Of a DNA stretch of 64,000 nt, positions 13,286-25,468 are shown piece after piece. The stretch spans positions 13,950,001 to 14,014,000 of the forward strand of contig OZ024748.1 in the NCBI GenBank assembly GCA_964016885.1, written 5' to 3'. Numbering within the stretch: the stretch's first letter is position 1; every line of letters starts with the position of its first letter. This stretch comes from Eledone cirrhosa (lineage: Eukaryota). The notes beneath the pieces are model-generated. The model ran no database searches, was not told where the DNA came from, and saw nothing but the letters and a program-made list of their open reading frames with translations. Made by a program: the position numbers and the translations under genes.

Positions 13286-16200
13286 GATGGTTGTTGGTCA
13301 GTGGTGGTGGTGTAGTGTCGCTGGTAGTTGGTCAGTGGTGGTGGTGGTGTAGTGTCAATGGTTGTTGGTCAGTGGTGGTGGTGTAGTGTTGATGGTTGCT
13401 GGTCAGTGGTGGTGGTGGTGTAGTGTCAATGGTTGTTGGTCAGTGGTGGTGGTGTAGTGTCGCTGGTAGTTGGTCAGTGGTGGTGGTGTAGTGTCAATGG
13501 TTGTTGGTCAGTGGTGGTGGTGTAGTGTCAATGGTTGTTGGTCAGTGGTGGTGGTGTAGTGTCAATGGTTGTTGGTCAGTGGTGCTGGTGTAGTGTCGCT
13601 GGTAGTTGGTCAGTGGTGGTGGTGTAGTGTCAATGGTTGTTGGTCAGTGGTGGTGGTGTAGTGTCGATGGTTGTTGGTCAGTGGTGGTGGTGGTGTAGTG
13701 TCGATGGTTGTTGGTCAGTGGTGGTGGTGTAATGTTGATGGTTGTTGGTCAGTGGTGGTGTAGTGTTGATGGTTGTTGGTCAGTAGTGGTGGTGTAGTGT
13801 TGATGGTTGCTGGTCAGTGGTGGTGGTGTAGTGTTGATGGTAGTTGGTCAGTGGTGGTGGTGTAGTGTCGATGGTAGTTGGTCAGTGGTGGTGGTGTAGT
13901 GTCAATGGTTGTTGGTCAGTGGTGGTGGTGTAGTGTTGATGGTTGTTGGTCAGTGGTGGTGGTGTAGTGTTGATGGTTGTTGGTCAGTGGTGGTGGTGTA
14001 GTGTTGATGGTTGTTGGTTAGTGGTGGTGGTGTAGTGTTGATGGTTGTTGGTCAGTGGTGGTGGTGTAGTGTTGATGGTTGTTGGTCAGTGGTGGTGGTG
14101 TAGTGTTGATGGTTGTTGGTCAGTGGTGGTGGTGTAGTGTTGATGGTTGTTGGTCAGTGGTGGTGGTGTAATGTTGATGGTTGTTGGTCAGTGGTGGTGT
14201 AGTGTTGATGGTTGTTGGTCAGTAGTGGTGGTGTAGTGTTGATGGTTGCTGGTCAGTGGTGGTGGTGTAGTGTTGATGGTTGCTGGTCAGTGGTGGTGGT
14301 GTAGTGTTGATGGTTGTTGGTCAGTGGTGGTGGTGTAGTGTTGATGGTTGTTGGTCAGTGGTGGTGGTGTAGTGTTGATGGTTGCTGGTCAGTGGTGGTG
14401 GTGTAGTGTTGATGGTTGCTGGTCAGTGGTGGTGTAGTGTCGATGGTTGTTGGTCAGTGGTGGTGGTGTAGTGTCGATGGTTGTTGGTCAGTGGTGGTGT
14501 AGTGTTGATGGTTGGTCAGTAGTTGTGGTGTAGTGTTGATGGTTGCTGGTCAGTGGTGGTGGTGTAGTGTTGATGGTTGCTGGTCAGTGGTGGTGGTGTA
14601 GTGTTGTTGGTTGTTGGTCAGTGGTGGTGGTGTAGTGTTGATGGTTGTTGGTCAGTGGTGGTGTAGTGTTGATGGTTGTTGGTCAGTAGTGGTGGTGTAG
14701 TGTTGATGGTTGTTGGTCAGTAGTGGTGGTGTAGTGTTGATGGTTGCTGGTCAGTGGTGGTGGTGTAGTGTTGATGGTTGCTGGTCAGTGGTGGTGGTGT
14801 AGTGTTGATGGTTGCTGGTCAGTGGTGGTGGTGTAGTGTTGATGGTTGTTGGTCAGTGGTGGTGGTGTAATGTTGATGGTTGTTGGTCAGTAGTGGTGGT
14901 GTAGTGTTGATGGTTGCTGGTCAGTGGTGGTGGTGTAGTGTTGATGGTTGCTGGTCAGTGGTGGTGGTGTAGTGTCGCTGGTAGTTGGTCAGTGGTGGTG
15001 GTGTAGTGTCAATGGTTGTTGGTCAGTGGTGGTGGTGTAGTATTGATGGTTGTTGGTCAGTGGTGGTGGTGTAGTGTCGATGGTTGTTGGTCAGTGGTGG
15101 TGGTGTAGTGTTGATGGTTGCTGGTCAGTGGTGGTGGTGTAGTGTCGATGGTTGTTGGTCAGTGGTGGTGGTGTAGTGTTGATGGTTGTTGGTCAGTGGT
15201 GGTGGTGTAGTGTTGATGGTTGTTGGTCAGTAGTGGTGGTGTAGTGTTGATGGTTGCTGGTCAGTGGTGGTGTAGTGTCGATGGTTGTTGGTCAGTGGTG
15301 GTGGTGTAATGTTGATGGTTGTTGGTCAGTGGTGGTTTAGTGTTGATGGTTGTTGGTCAGTAGTGGTGGTGTAGTGTTGATGGTTGCTGGTCAGAGGTGG
15401 TGGTGTAGTGTTGATGGTTGCTGGTCAGTGGTGGTGGTGTAATGTTGATGGTTGTTGGTCAGTGGTGGTGTAGTGTTGATGGTTGTTGGTCAGTGGTGGT
15501 GGTGTAGTGTTGATGGTTGCTGGTCAGTGGTGGTGGTGTAATGTTGATGGTTGTTGGTCAGTAGTGGTGGTGTAGTGTTGATGGTTGCTGGTCAGTGGTG
15601 GTGGTGTAGTGTTGATGGTTGCTGGTCAGTGGTGGTGGTGTAGTGTCGCTGGTAGTTGGTCAGTGGTGGTGGTGTAGTGTTGATGGTTGCTGGTCAGTGG
15701 TGGTGGTGTAGTGTTGATGGTTGCTGGTCAGTGGTGGTGGTGTAGTGTCGATGGTTGTTGGTCAGTGGTGGTGGTGTAATGTTGATGGTTGTTGGTCAGT
15801 GGTGGTGTAGTGTTGATGGTTGTTGGTCAGTAGTGGTGGTGTAGTGTTGATGGTTGCTGGTCAGTGGTGGTGGTGTAGTGTTGATGGTTGCTGGTCAGTG
15901 GTGGTGGTGTAGTGTTGATGGTTGCTGGTCAGTGGTGGTGGTGTAGTGTTGATGGTTGTTGGTCAGTGGTGGTGGTGTAATGTTGATGGTTGTTGGTCAG
16001 TGGTGGTGTAGTGTTGATGGTTGTTGGTCAGTAGTGGTGGTGTAGTGTTGATGGTTGCTGGTCAGTGGTGGTGGTGTAGTGTTGATGGTTGCTGGTCAGT
16101 GGTGGTGGTGTAGTGTTGATGGTTGCTGGTCAGTGGTGGTGGTGTAGTGTTGATGGTTGTTGGTCAGTGGTGGTGGTGTAGTGTTGATGGTTGTTGGTCA

Positions 16201-19192
16201 GTGGTGGTGGTGTAATGTTGATGGTTGTTGGTCAGTAGTGGTGGTGTAGTGTTGATGGTTGCTGGTCAGTGGTGGTGGTGTAGTGTTGATGGTTGCTGGT
16301 CAGTGGTGGTGTAGTGTCGATGGTTGTTGGTCAGTGGTGGTGGTGTAGTGTCGATGGTTGTTGGTCAGTGGTGGTGTAGTGTTGATGGTTGTTGGTCAGT
16401 AGTGGTGGTGTAGTGTTGATGGTTGCTGGTCAGTGGTGGTGGTGTAGTGTTGATGGTTGCTGGTCAGTGGTGGTGGTGTAGTGTTGTTGGTCAGTGGTGG
16501 TGGTGTAATGTTGATGGTTGTTGGTCAGTGGTGGTGTAGTGTTGATGGTTGTTGGTCAGTGGTGGTGTAGTGTTGATGGTTGTTGGTCAGTAGTGGTGGT
16601 GTAGTGTTGATGGCTGCTGGTCAGTGGTGGTGGTGTAGTGTTGATGGTTGCTGGTCAGTGGTGGTGGTGCAGTGTTGATGGTTGTGGGTCAGTGGTGGTG
16701 GTGTAATGTTGATGGTTGTTGGTCAGTAGTGGTGGTGTAGTGTTGATGGTTGCTGGTCAGTGGTGGTGGTGTAGTGTTGATGGTTGCTGGTCAGTGGTGG
16801 TGGTGTAGTGTCAATGGTTGTTGGTCAGTGGTGGTGGTGTAGTATTGATGGTTGTTGGTCAGTGGTGGTGGTGTAGTGTCGATGGTTGTTGGTCAGTGGT
16901 GGTGGTGTAGTGTTGATGGTTGCTGGTCAGTGGTGGTGGTGTAGTGTCGATGGTTGTTGGTCAGTGGTGGTGGTGTAGTGTTCATGGTTGTTGGTCAGTG
17001 GTGGTGGTGTAGTGTTGATGGTTGTTGGTCAGTAGTGGTGGTGTAGTGTTGATGGTTGCTGGTCAGTGGTGGTGTAGTGTCGATGGTTGTTGGTCAGTGG
17101 TGGTGGTGTAGTATTGATGGTTGTTGGTCAGTGGTGGTGGTGTAGTGTCGATGGTTGTTGGTCAGTGGTGGTGGTGTAGTGTTGATGGTTGCTGGTCAGT
17201 GGTGGTGGTGTAGTGTCGATGGTTGTTGGTCAGTGGTGGTGGTGTAGTGTTGATGGTTGTTGGTCAGTGGTGGTGGTGTAATGTTGATGGTTGTTGGTCA
17301 GTAGTGGTGGTGTAGTGTTGATGGTTGCTGGTCAGTGGTGGTGTAGTGTCGATGGTTGTTGGTCAGTGGTGGTGGTGTAGTGTCGATGGTTGTTGGTCAG
17401 TGGTGGTGGTGTAATGTTGATGGTTGTTGGTCAGTGGTGGTTTAGTGTTGATGGTGGTTGGTCAGTGGTGGTGGTGTAGTGTTGATGGTTGCTGGTCAGT
17501 GGTGGTGGTGTAGTGTTGTTGGTCAGTGGTGGTGGTGTAATGTTGATGGTTGTTGGTCAGTGGTGGTGTAGTGTTGATGGTTGTTGGTCAGTAGTGGTGG
17601 TGTAGTGTTGATGGTTGCTGGTCAGTGGTGGTGGTGTAGTGTTGATGGTTGTTGGTCAGTGGTGGTTGTGTAGTGTCGATGGTTGTTGGTCAGTGGTGGT
17701 GGTGTAGTTTTGATGGTTGTTGGTCAGTGGTGGTGGTGTAATGTTGATGGTTGTTGGTCAGTGGTGGTGGTGTAGTGTTGATGGTTGTTGGTCAGTGGTG
17801 GTGGTGTAGTGTCGATGGTTGTTGGTCAGTGGTGGTGGTGTAGTGTCGATGGTTGTTGGTCAGTGGTGGTGGTGTAGTGTTGATGGTTGCTGGTCAGTGG
17901 TGGTGGTGTAATGTTGATGGTTGCTGGTCAGTGGTGGTGGTGTAGTGTCGATGGTTGTTGGTCAGTGGTGGTGGTGTAGTGTTGATGGTTGTTGGTCAGT
18001 GGTGGTGGTGTAGTGTTGATGGTTGCTGGTCAGTGGTGGTGGTGTAGTGTCGATGGTTGTTGGTCAGTGGTGGTGGTGTAGTGTTGATGGTTGTTGGTCA
18101 GTGGTGGTGGTGGTGTAGTGTTGATGGTTGTTGGTCAGTAGTGGTGGTGTAGTGTTGATGGTTGCTGGTCAGTGGTGGTGGTGTAGTGTTGATGGTTGCT
18201 GGTCAGTGGTGGTGTAGTGTCGATGGTTGTTGGTCAGTGGTGGTGGTGTAGTGTCGATGGTTGTTGGTCAGTGGTGGTGGTGTAATGTTGATGGTTGTTG
18301 GTCAGTGGTGGTGTAGTGTTGATGGTTGTTGGTCAGTAGTGGTGGTGTAGTGTTGATGGTTGCTGGTCAGTGGTGGTGGTGTAGTGTTGATGGTTGCTGC
18401 TCAGTGGTGGTGGTGTAGTGTTGATGGTTGCTGGTCAGTGGTGGTGGTGTAGTGTTGATGGCTGTTGGTCAGTGGTGGTGGTGTAGTGTTGATGGTTGTT
18501 GGTCAGTGGTGGTGGTGTAGTGTTGATGGTTGTTGGTCAGTAGTGGTGGTGTAGTGTTGATGGTTGCTGGTCAGTGGTGGTGGTGTAGTGTTGATGGTTG
18601 TTGGTCAGTGGTGGTGGTGTAGTGTCGATGGTTGTTGGTCAGTGGTGGTGGTGTAGTGTCGATGGTTGTTGGTCAGTGGTGGTGGTGTAGTTTTGATGGT
18701 TGTTGGTCAGTGGTGGTGGTGTAATGTTGATGGTTGTTGGTCAGTGGTGGTGGTGTAGTGTTGATGGTTGTTGGTCAGTGGTGGTGGTGTAGTGTCGATG
18801 GTTGTTGGTCAGTGGTGGTGGTGTAGTGTCGATGGTTGTTGGTCAGTGGTGGTGGTGAAGTGTTGATGGTTGTTGGTCAGTGGTGGTGGTGTAATGTTGA
18901 TGGTTGTTGGTCAGTGGTGGTGTAATGTTGATGGTTGCTGGTCAGTGGTTGTGGTGTAGTGTTGATGGTTGCTGGTCTGTGGTGGTGGTGTAGTGTTGAT
19001 GGTTGCTGGTCAGTGGTGGTGGTGTAGTGTTGATGGTTGCTGGTCAGTGGTGGTGGTGTAGTGTTGATGGTTGCTGGTCAGTGGTGGTGGTGTAGTGTTG
19101 ATGGTTACTGGTCAGTGGTGGTGGTGTAGTGTCGATGGTTACTGGTCAGTGGTGGTGCTGTAGTGTTGATGGTTGCTGGTCAGTGATGGTGG
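13286..19192. repeat. 5.9-kb minisatellite, 34-bp unit GGTCAGTGGTGGTGGTGTAGTGTTGATGGTTG(T/C)T (~175 copies)
   Basis: Period 34 (e.g. 13982 to 14016). 31- and 37-bp variants arise from GGT gain or loss. Confidence 0.98.
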
Positions 19193-19380
19193 CTATCATC
19201 GAAATATATATAGCAGTAAATAAAGGAATATGAGTTCATGCAATTGACTTATGTTTCGTCACTATCAGGCTAAATAATTTCTTTAATTTCTTTAATCAAA
19301 ATACGGCGATAGCTTACATTTCTAATAATTTCTAATAATAAAACTCGGTGTTTCGAAAATATCCTTACTTGATATATATA

Positions 19381-19388
19381 TACTCGTT

Positions 19389-19422
<34 letters not shown>

Positions 19423-19470
19423 AACGAGTAGGACCCCGACGGCTGAGCTCAAGCCGTTTCGACTGGGTTT
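19381..19470 (-). mobile_element. Fragment of the GAAACGGC..GCCGTC half-hammerhead family with TA-centred palindrome
   Basis: Minus strand GTCGAAACGGCTTGAGCTCAGCCGTCGGGGTC. 19381-19430 is a perfect palindrome around (TA)15. Confidence 0.7.
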
Positions 19471-19619
19471 ACTTGCCTCGTGGTGTCTTTGTTCTTTTTT
19501 CCTGTCTACCAGGGATTTTCTACCCGATTTTCTTAGACGTGTTCACAAATATTTCTACATTTTCTCACAAACCCGCGTGCACACACAGATACATAGAGAT
19601 AGAGATAAATAGATGTGTT

Positions 19620-19658
<39 letters not shown>

Positions 19659-19659
19659 C

Positions 19660-19861
19660 GGCGATGAATTAGTTTTGCGAGGTTTTTTATATGAAATCGT
19701 GTGTCGAAACAAATATTGTTATACTTGGGGAGGGTCATATTTGTGTAATATTGCCAGAATTAATTAAGACACAGAAGCGAGAAGCAAAAACCAACAAAAC
19801 AGTGAGTGTGTTCTGTTATTAATTCTGGCAATATTACACAAATATGACCCTCCCCAAGTAT

Positions 19862-19869
<8 letters not shown>
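19660..19869 (+). mobile_element. TA-associated element with intrinsic terminal hairpin (52-bp arms); second copy reversed at 52067-52270
   Basis: 19713-19764 and 19818-19869 are inverted. Preceded by GAAACAAATATTGTTA, resembling an HHR 3' half. Confidence 0.7.
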
Positions 19870-19900
<31 letters not shown>

Positions 19901-19903
19901 TAC

Positions 19904-19934
<31 letters not shown>

Positions 19935-19989
19935 TATATATACACATATATACATACATACACATATACACATATATACATACATACAC

Positions 19990-20054
<65 letters not shown>

Positions 20055-20056
<2 letters not shown>

Positions 20057-20633
20057 GTTATTGAGGCGGTTTGTATATTTTATCATTCTATCTGCTTCTT
20101 GGTTAAATATTTCAAACAAATGTGGTTTTTCAACCCTTGTAATTTTAGACACACGGTTTACTGTGTTTCTTACTATATATTATTAATCAGCTCAGTATTT
20201 ATACTTTGAGCTTAATAGTTACAGAGTTCCAATTGAGTTTTAACTCTAATTTTCATATATATTTCTGCTCCCTCACAAGTTGAGCTTATTAAGTTGTGTG
20301 TGTTGGACTGTTATTTCTATTCAATACACGCTTACCACGTTTGACTAGCGGCGCACGAGGTGACAAATTCATCTTTCTGTGTGAACGTTGGCAAATAGTG
20401 TTTGTGGCATTTAATCAGATTCTCTCGCTGATGAAGCCCAGGATTATCTGTTACAAACACACTCAGGGCGAAACAGATTAGGGATAATCTGTCCGAGAGA
20501 TATAATGGTTATTGAGGCGGTTTGTATATTTTATCATTCTGTCTGCTTCTTGGTTAAATATTTCAAACAAATGTGGTTTTTCAACCCTTGTAATTTTAGA
20601 CACACGGTTTACTGTGTTTCTTACTATATATTA
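20055..20633 (+). mobile_element. Retrozyme-like / non-autonomous Penelope-like element: 451-nt unit with 128-bp terminal direct repeat, in (TA)n
   Basis: 20055-20182 equals 20506-20633 (1 mismatch). Intact HHR inside, no credible ORF, microsatellite on both flanks. Confidence 0.85.
20421..20500 (+). ncRNA. Intact type I hammerhead ribozyme
   Basis: Stem I TCTCTCG/CGAGAGA; core CTGATGA (20428-34); stem II GCCC/GGGC; GAAA (20470-73); stem III ACAGATTA-GGGA-TAATCTGT; GUC triplet 20491-20493. Confidence 0.92.
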
Positions 20634-20672
20634 TATATATATATATACACATATACACACGCATATATAAAC

Positions 20673-20705
<33 letters not shown>

Positions 20706-21192
20706 CATACGTATATATATACCACATACACACATATATACATATACATATATATATACACACACATATATATACACACACACACATATACAAACACACA
20801 CACATATATATACACAGACACACATATATATACACATACACACACATATATATATATATAAATAATTGTTCTCTTCCATACAAATTAAATTAGTTGTCCA
20901 CTGAGACATTAATAAGATATTAGAATAAGTAAATGAGTCAATACAATGTTAATTGCTCTTATTCTCATTGCTATGTTACACTGTCCAAAGCTCTCATATT
21001 TTATGATTGTGTCCACATTTCACATTGGTGTATTAATTATTATTATAATCACTCTAATGAAATAAGTGGAATGTCACAGGAGGAAAATAAATGTTGAATG
21101 CTTAAAATCGAAGCCAATACTACATATGTATATATCTCCAAAGATTACACACACAAACACATATCTATTATATATATATATATATACACAAA

Positions 21193-21255
<63 letters not shown>

Positions 21256-21364
21256 GTACATAATATTATTTATTAATACATATACTATATTCAGATAATA
21301 TATATACATATATAACATAAAGTTAAATAAAAGTCAAATGATTAAAATTTAGTTTCGTTTATTA

Positions 21365-21417
21365 CTGCTATATATATTTCAGTGACAGCCATCTTTGGCT
21401 GTGACCTCTTCAAGCAG
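21365..21417 (-). ncRNA. Type I hammerhead motif (U3 variant)
   Basis: Minus strand CTGC-TTGAAGA-GGTCACAGCC-AAAGAT-GGCTGTCACT-GAAA-TATATATA-GCAG. Confidence 0.7.
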
Positions 21418-22241
21418 TTTGAAATAATAGGGTATAGACAAGTACATATGTAGTTTAGGTGTATAATATTGTCAATACTCTGATATGCCCAGTTCCTTGT
21501 TGGGTTGTTAATTCACTGAGGAACTGGAGTCATATGAATTCTAACAAACGAATTTCAGTGTCAAAGGTCCCCTCCTCCTCTCATTGGTCAGTTATTAGAA
21601 CATTCCTCATTCTACATATAATATATGTATATATATAATATATATAATACATATACACATAATATGTATACACATATAATCTCTCTATATATATAATTTA
21701 TATATATATATATATACATATATATTTTTATATATATAATTTATATATATATATATATATATGTAATATATTTATATATTATTTACATATGCATATATGT
21801 ATATATATATGTGTGTGTGTGTACGTGTGTATGGCGGTGGTTTGTGTTTGTGTGTGTGTTCTTACGTATATAATATTGGCATATTTAAATAATATTCATG
21901 TAACTACCTTCCATTTTGAAAGCAAGATTTTTTCAAACGAACTCAAAGTGTGAACCTGTATACACCGATAATTGCAGGATGTGAACTCGTAACACAATGG
22001 TTAAATCAAACCATTTAAATATGCATATGATGTGTGCCATGTCCCAACATTTTCTCAATGGTCAACCATAGTTTTTAAGATAAACAGTGAAGACCTGAAT
22101 GGTAGAAGTTTCTAAAACATTAATTGGAACTATTGTTTCAACATAAATTCACATTTACTCCAACACATTCATACATATACGCCTCACACACCTATTTATA
22201 CATATATTTATAGATATGCATGTTCTTCATTCATGTATGCA

Positions 22242-22279
<38 letters not shown>

Positions 22280-22282
<3 letters not shown>

Positions 22283-22466
22283 GGAACCAGTAAGACCCCG
22301 ACGGCTGAGCTCAAGCCGTTTCGACGACTAATTCTGAATTAGCCGTCGAAACGGCTTGAGCTCAGCCGTCGGGGTCTTACTGGTTCCTATTACCCACTAT
22401 ACTACCCTAAGTATTGAGTACTTTGGTGCGTTATGGTCCACCTGGTTCCTTACCACATTTCCTTCG

Positions 22467-22470
<4 letters not shown>
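22280..22470 (+). mobile_element. Half-hammerhead family copy with 55-bp fold-back palindrome at its 5' end
   Basis: 22280-22334 and 22336-22390 are inverted (1 mismatch). GAAACGGC-loop-GCCGTC followed by the family tail ...GGTGCGTTATGGTCCACCTGGTT. Confidence 0.8.
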
Positions 22471-22504
<34 letters not shown>

Positions 22505-22982
22505 GATATTAATAAATGTAAACTATATTTTAAAACCATATTTATTTCATTATATATATATCAAGGATACCAAGTTACATTATGGTATGCCTTCATCAGA
22601 CAAAATACAATATATAACAGTTTTATAAATAGACATTGACGTACCCCTTTTAAACATTGACCGTTGTTTTTGGAGGCCATCAGGATATATATATATATAT
22701 ATATATATATTAAACGGCAAAAATGAAACGAAATTTCATTTCCCACTCTTAGTACGGCTGTTACTTTAATATAAGTATGCATACGTACATACATATATGT
22801 ATACAGACGTACAGTAGTATGTATATATATATATATATACATGCACACATATATATATTTATATACGTACGGTGAATCCATACGTACATATATATATGTG
22901 TGCATGTATGTATATATATATATACATACTACTGTACGTCTGTATACATATATGTTTGTACGTATACATACTTATATATATA

Positions 22983-23210
22983 TATTAAAATAACAGATTA
23001 AAGTTTAAGCAAAGAATCGCTGCTTTCACCCTTAACGGGATCTTCTGAGTTTCAGAAGATCCCGTTAAGGGTGAAAACTGCGATTCTTTGCTTAAACTCT
23101 AATCTGTTATTTTAATAAATATTTGCTCTACGGTTCTTATATATTTGATATATATTTATCCTTATCGAGCCCTCTTTCGATTTTAGTCTTCAAATTTATT
23201 ATTATTACTA
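22983..23210 (+). mobile_element. HHR-like family copy with 66-bp fold-back palindrome
   Basis: 22983-23048 and 23052-23117 are inverted around a GTT loop. CAGAAGA-TCCCGTTAAGGGT-GAAA directly follows the turn. Confidence 0.8.
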
Positions 23211-23237
23211 TATATATTGTATATATATAGTATATAA

Positions 23238-23425
23238 GGGCGGTGGATTGGCAGTATCGGTAGAGGGTCGGACGCCATGTCTTCCAGCATAGTTACGTCC
23301 CTTTACGATCTGAGTTCAAATCCCGCCGAGGTTGACTTTGCCTTTCATCCGTACGGGGTCGATAAAATAAAGTACCAGCAATGCACTGAGTAATTGCTGG
23401 CCTTGTGCCTAAAGTAGAAACAATT
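23238..23425 (+). mobile_element. Nin/Deu-domain SINE
   Basis: Consensus match. Confidence 0.92.
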
Positions 23426-23480
23426 ACTATATATATATATGTGTGTACAACATATATGTATCTCTCTATCACTTTATATA

Positions 23481-23512
<32 letters not shown>

Positions 23513-23579
23513 AAGGGTTAATTTCTAAATTACCCAATACGCTAAAGAGGGTTTTCAAGTATGTCATATATATATATAT

Positions 23580-24230
23580 ATATAAAATATAAATATTTAC
23601 ACATACACCAATTAAACAAAGTCAGAGGTATATATGTGTTTTGGCAACTTTTCACGATGTGCCTCAATGAAGAATTAATAAATTAAATAATCAGAGCCAA
23701 ATACTATCGAGTAAAGCATGTCCAGAGAATTATTTGATAATATATATACATCATCTCTACTCCCAATCAGCATAATTAACCACACAAAAAAAATCAATTA
23801 GACCAGGCTATAAGAATAAAAGGCATCTATGAAGAAACAGTAAATAAATATACCATTGCAGCGTCTTCGCGCACAACGGCTATAGAATATTTACCCAACA
23901 TTTCAACAGCACGTGGAAATTAATTAAATATACGGTCAACCATACATAATTAGGTAAAAATGAATGTTAGAAAGTCTTATATACATACCAGGATTAAATC
24001 ACTAAATCCCATTAATTTCCACGTGCTGTTGAAATGTTGGCTAAATATTCTATAGCTGTTGTGCGCGAAGACGCCGCAGTGGGATATTTATTTACTGTTT
24101 CTTCATAGATGCCTTTTATTCTGATAGCCTGGTCTAATTGATTTTTTTTGTTTGGTTAATTATGCTGATTGGGAGTAGAGATGATGTATATATATTATCA
24201 AATAATTCTCTGGACATGCTTTACCCTATA
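23580..24230 (-). mobile_element. Diverged copy of the ~655-nt HHR element with ~215-bp inverted duplication
   Basis: About 23710-23924 vs 24011-24226 inverted. Homologous to 51677-52033. Confidence 0.8.
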
Positions 24231-24286
<56 letters not shown>

Positions 24287-24289
24287 TGG

Positions 24290-24700
24290 CTGCCAATTCG
24301 TTTTCAAGTACGGCCACTACTTTTTATCCATGTAGGAGAACTCCTACCGATGCGCTGAACGAGTGTGACTTTTTAGTCCAGCCAGCGACTTGAAAACTCT
24401 GGTACAAATACTACACTTGTGACAATTATTGGCACATAGTGCTGGGCCCATGGTGCCATGTGACGACAAGTGCAGAGAGATCTCCAGATATAAAGCAATG
24501 CCTGTGCCGTGAAGCGCTTATAGTGAGCAAAGGCACTGCACAAAGCCAGTCCCACTCTCTTAACCAAGATGATATTTACCAAAAAAGAAGAACAAGTCAA
24601 CATCATTGGATACCATCAGGGTTGCAGGTGTTATATCAGAGTTTTCCTTCTCCTAGAATTCTGCCTTGACAAAGGCTAAGGGTTCATCTCTCCCGGCGAT
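24290..24700. mobile_element. Interspersed repeat, probably RTE 5'-region derived; second copy at 45240-45680
   Basis: Shared CCTGTGC..GAAGC....AAGAAGAAC....ACATCATTGGAT....TTATATCAGAGT..CCTTC. RTE origin is an inference. Confidence 0.5.
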
Positions 24701-25381
24701 TTTGAACTATTGTTTCAACATAAATTCACACTTACTCCAACCCATACATATACGCCTCACACACCTATTTATACCTATATTTATAGATATGTATGTTCTT
24801 CATTCATGTATGCAACTCTGTATGTCTCTCTTATATATATATATATATATATACATACATACATATATATATACATACATACATACCTACATACATACAT
24901 ACATACATACACACATACATACCTAGCTATAGATACGCATTTATGTACCTCAAACTAATACGTTTATATGCATATATGTGTGTGGTCGTTTATCTCCGTC
25001 CCGCTCTCTCTCCTTCTCTCCCTCTGTAATCATACGTAGAAATATATTTTTGATATATTTTTTTTCAATGAAAAAATGTCAAAAAAAAAAGATTTATGAG
25101 GTCTAAAGTGAAAATAGACGAAGTAGATTTTAACTAAGGAAAATAAAAATGTTTCTTCTTAAATTACAATTTATTGATAATTCATATCTTCTTTGCCTTG
25201 ATTTTGTTTTCATTTTGTTTTGTATATTTTTATTATTATATTTTATTCATATATTTATGTCTGTTTTATTACTGATGAAATATCTTTATATTCTCAGTGA
25301 ATATCTTTATATTCTGGTATTTTATGAAAACTTGTGACGGAGATGACAAAAAAAAAATGACACGATATTATTCAAATATTA

Positions 25382-25468
25382 TATTGGGTCGTCCAGTATA
25401 CGATTTTATTAGTTTCTTTTTCTACAGAAGTTTCTTTTTCCACACATTTCATACTTGACGACCCAATA
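25382..25468. mobile_element. ~87-bp MITE
   Basis: TATTGGGTCGTCCAGTAT ... ATACTTGACGACCCAATA. Confidence 0.7.

Noticed and set aside
12489-13352. Arg/Glu-rich and Ser/Leu-rich ORFs
   Set aside because: Products of GA-rich low-complexity DNA.
13286-19192. 34-bp array as mucin-like coding repeat, telomere or CRISPR
   Set aside because: The unit is not a multiple of 3 and has stops on both strands. There is no TTAGGG and there are no spacers.
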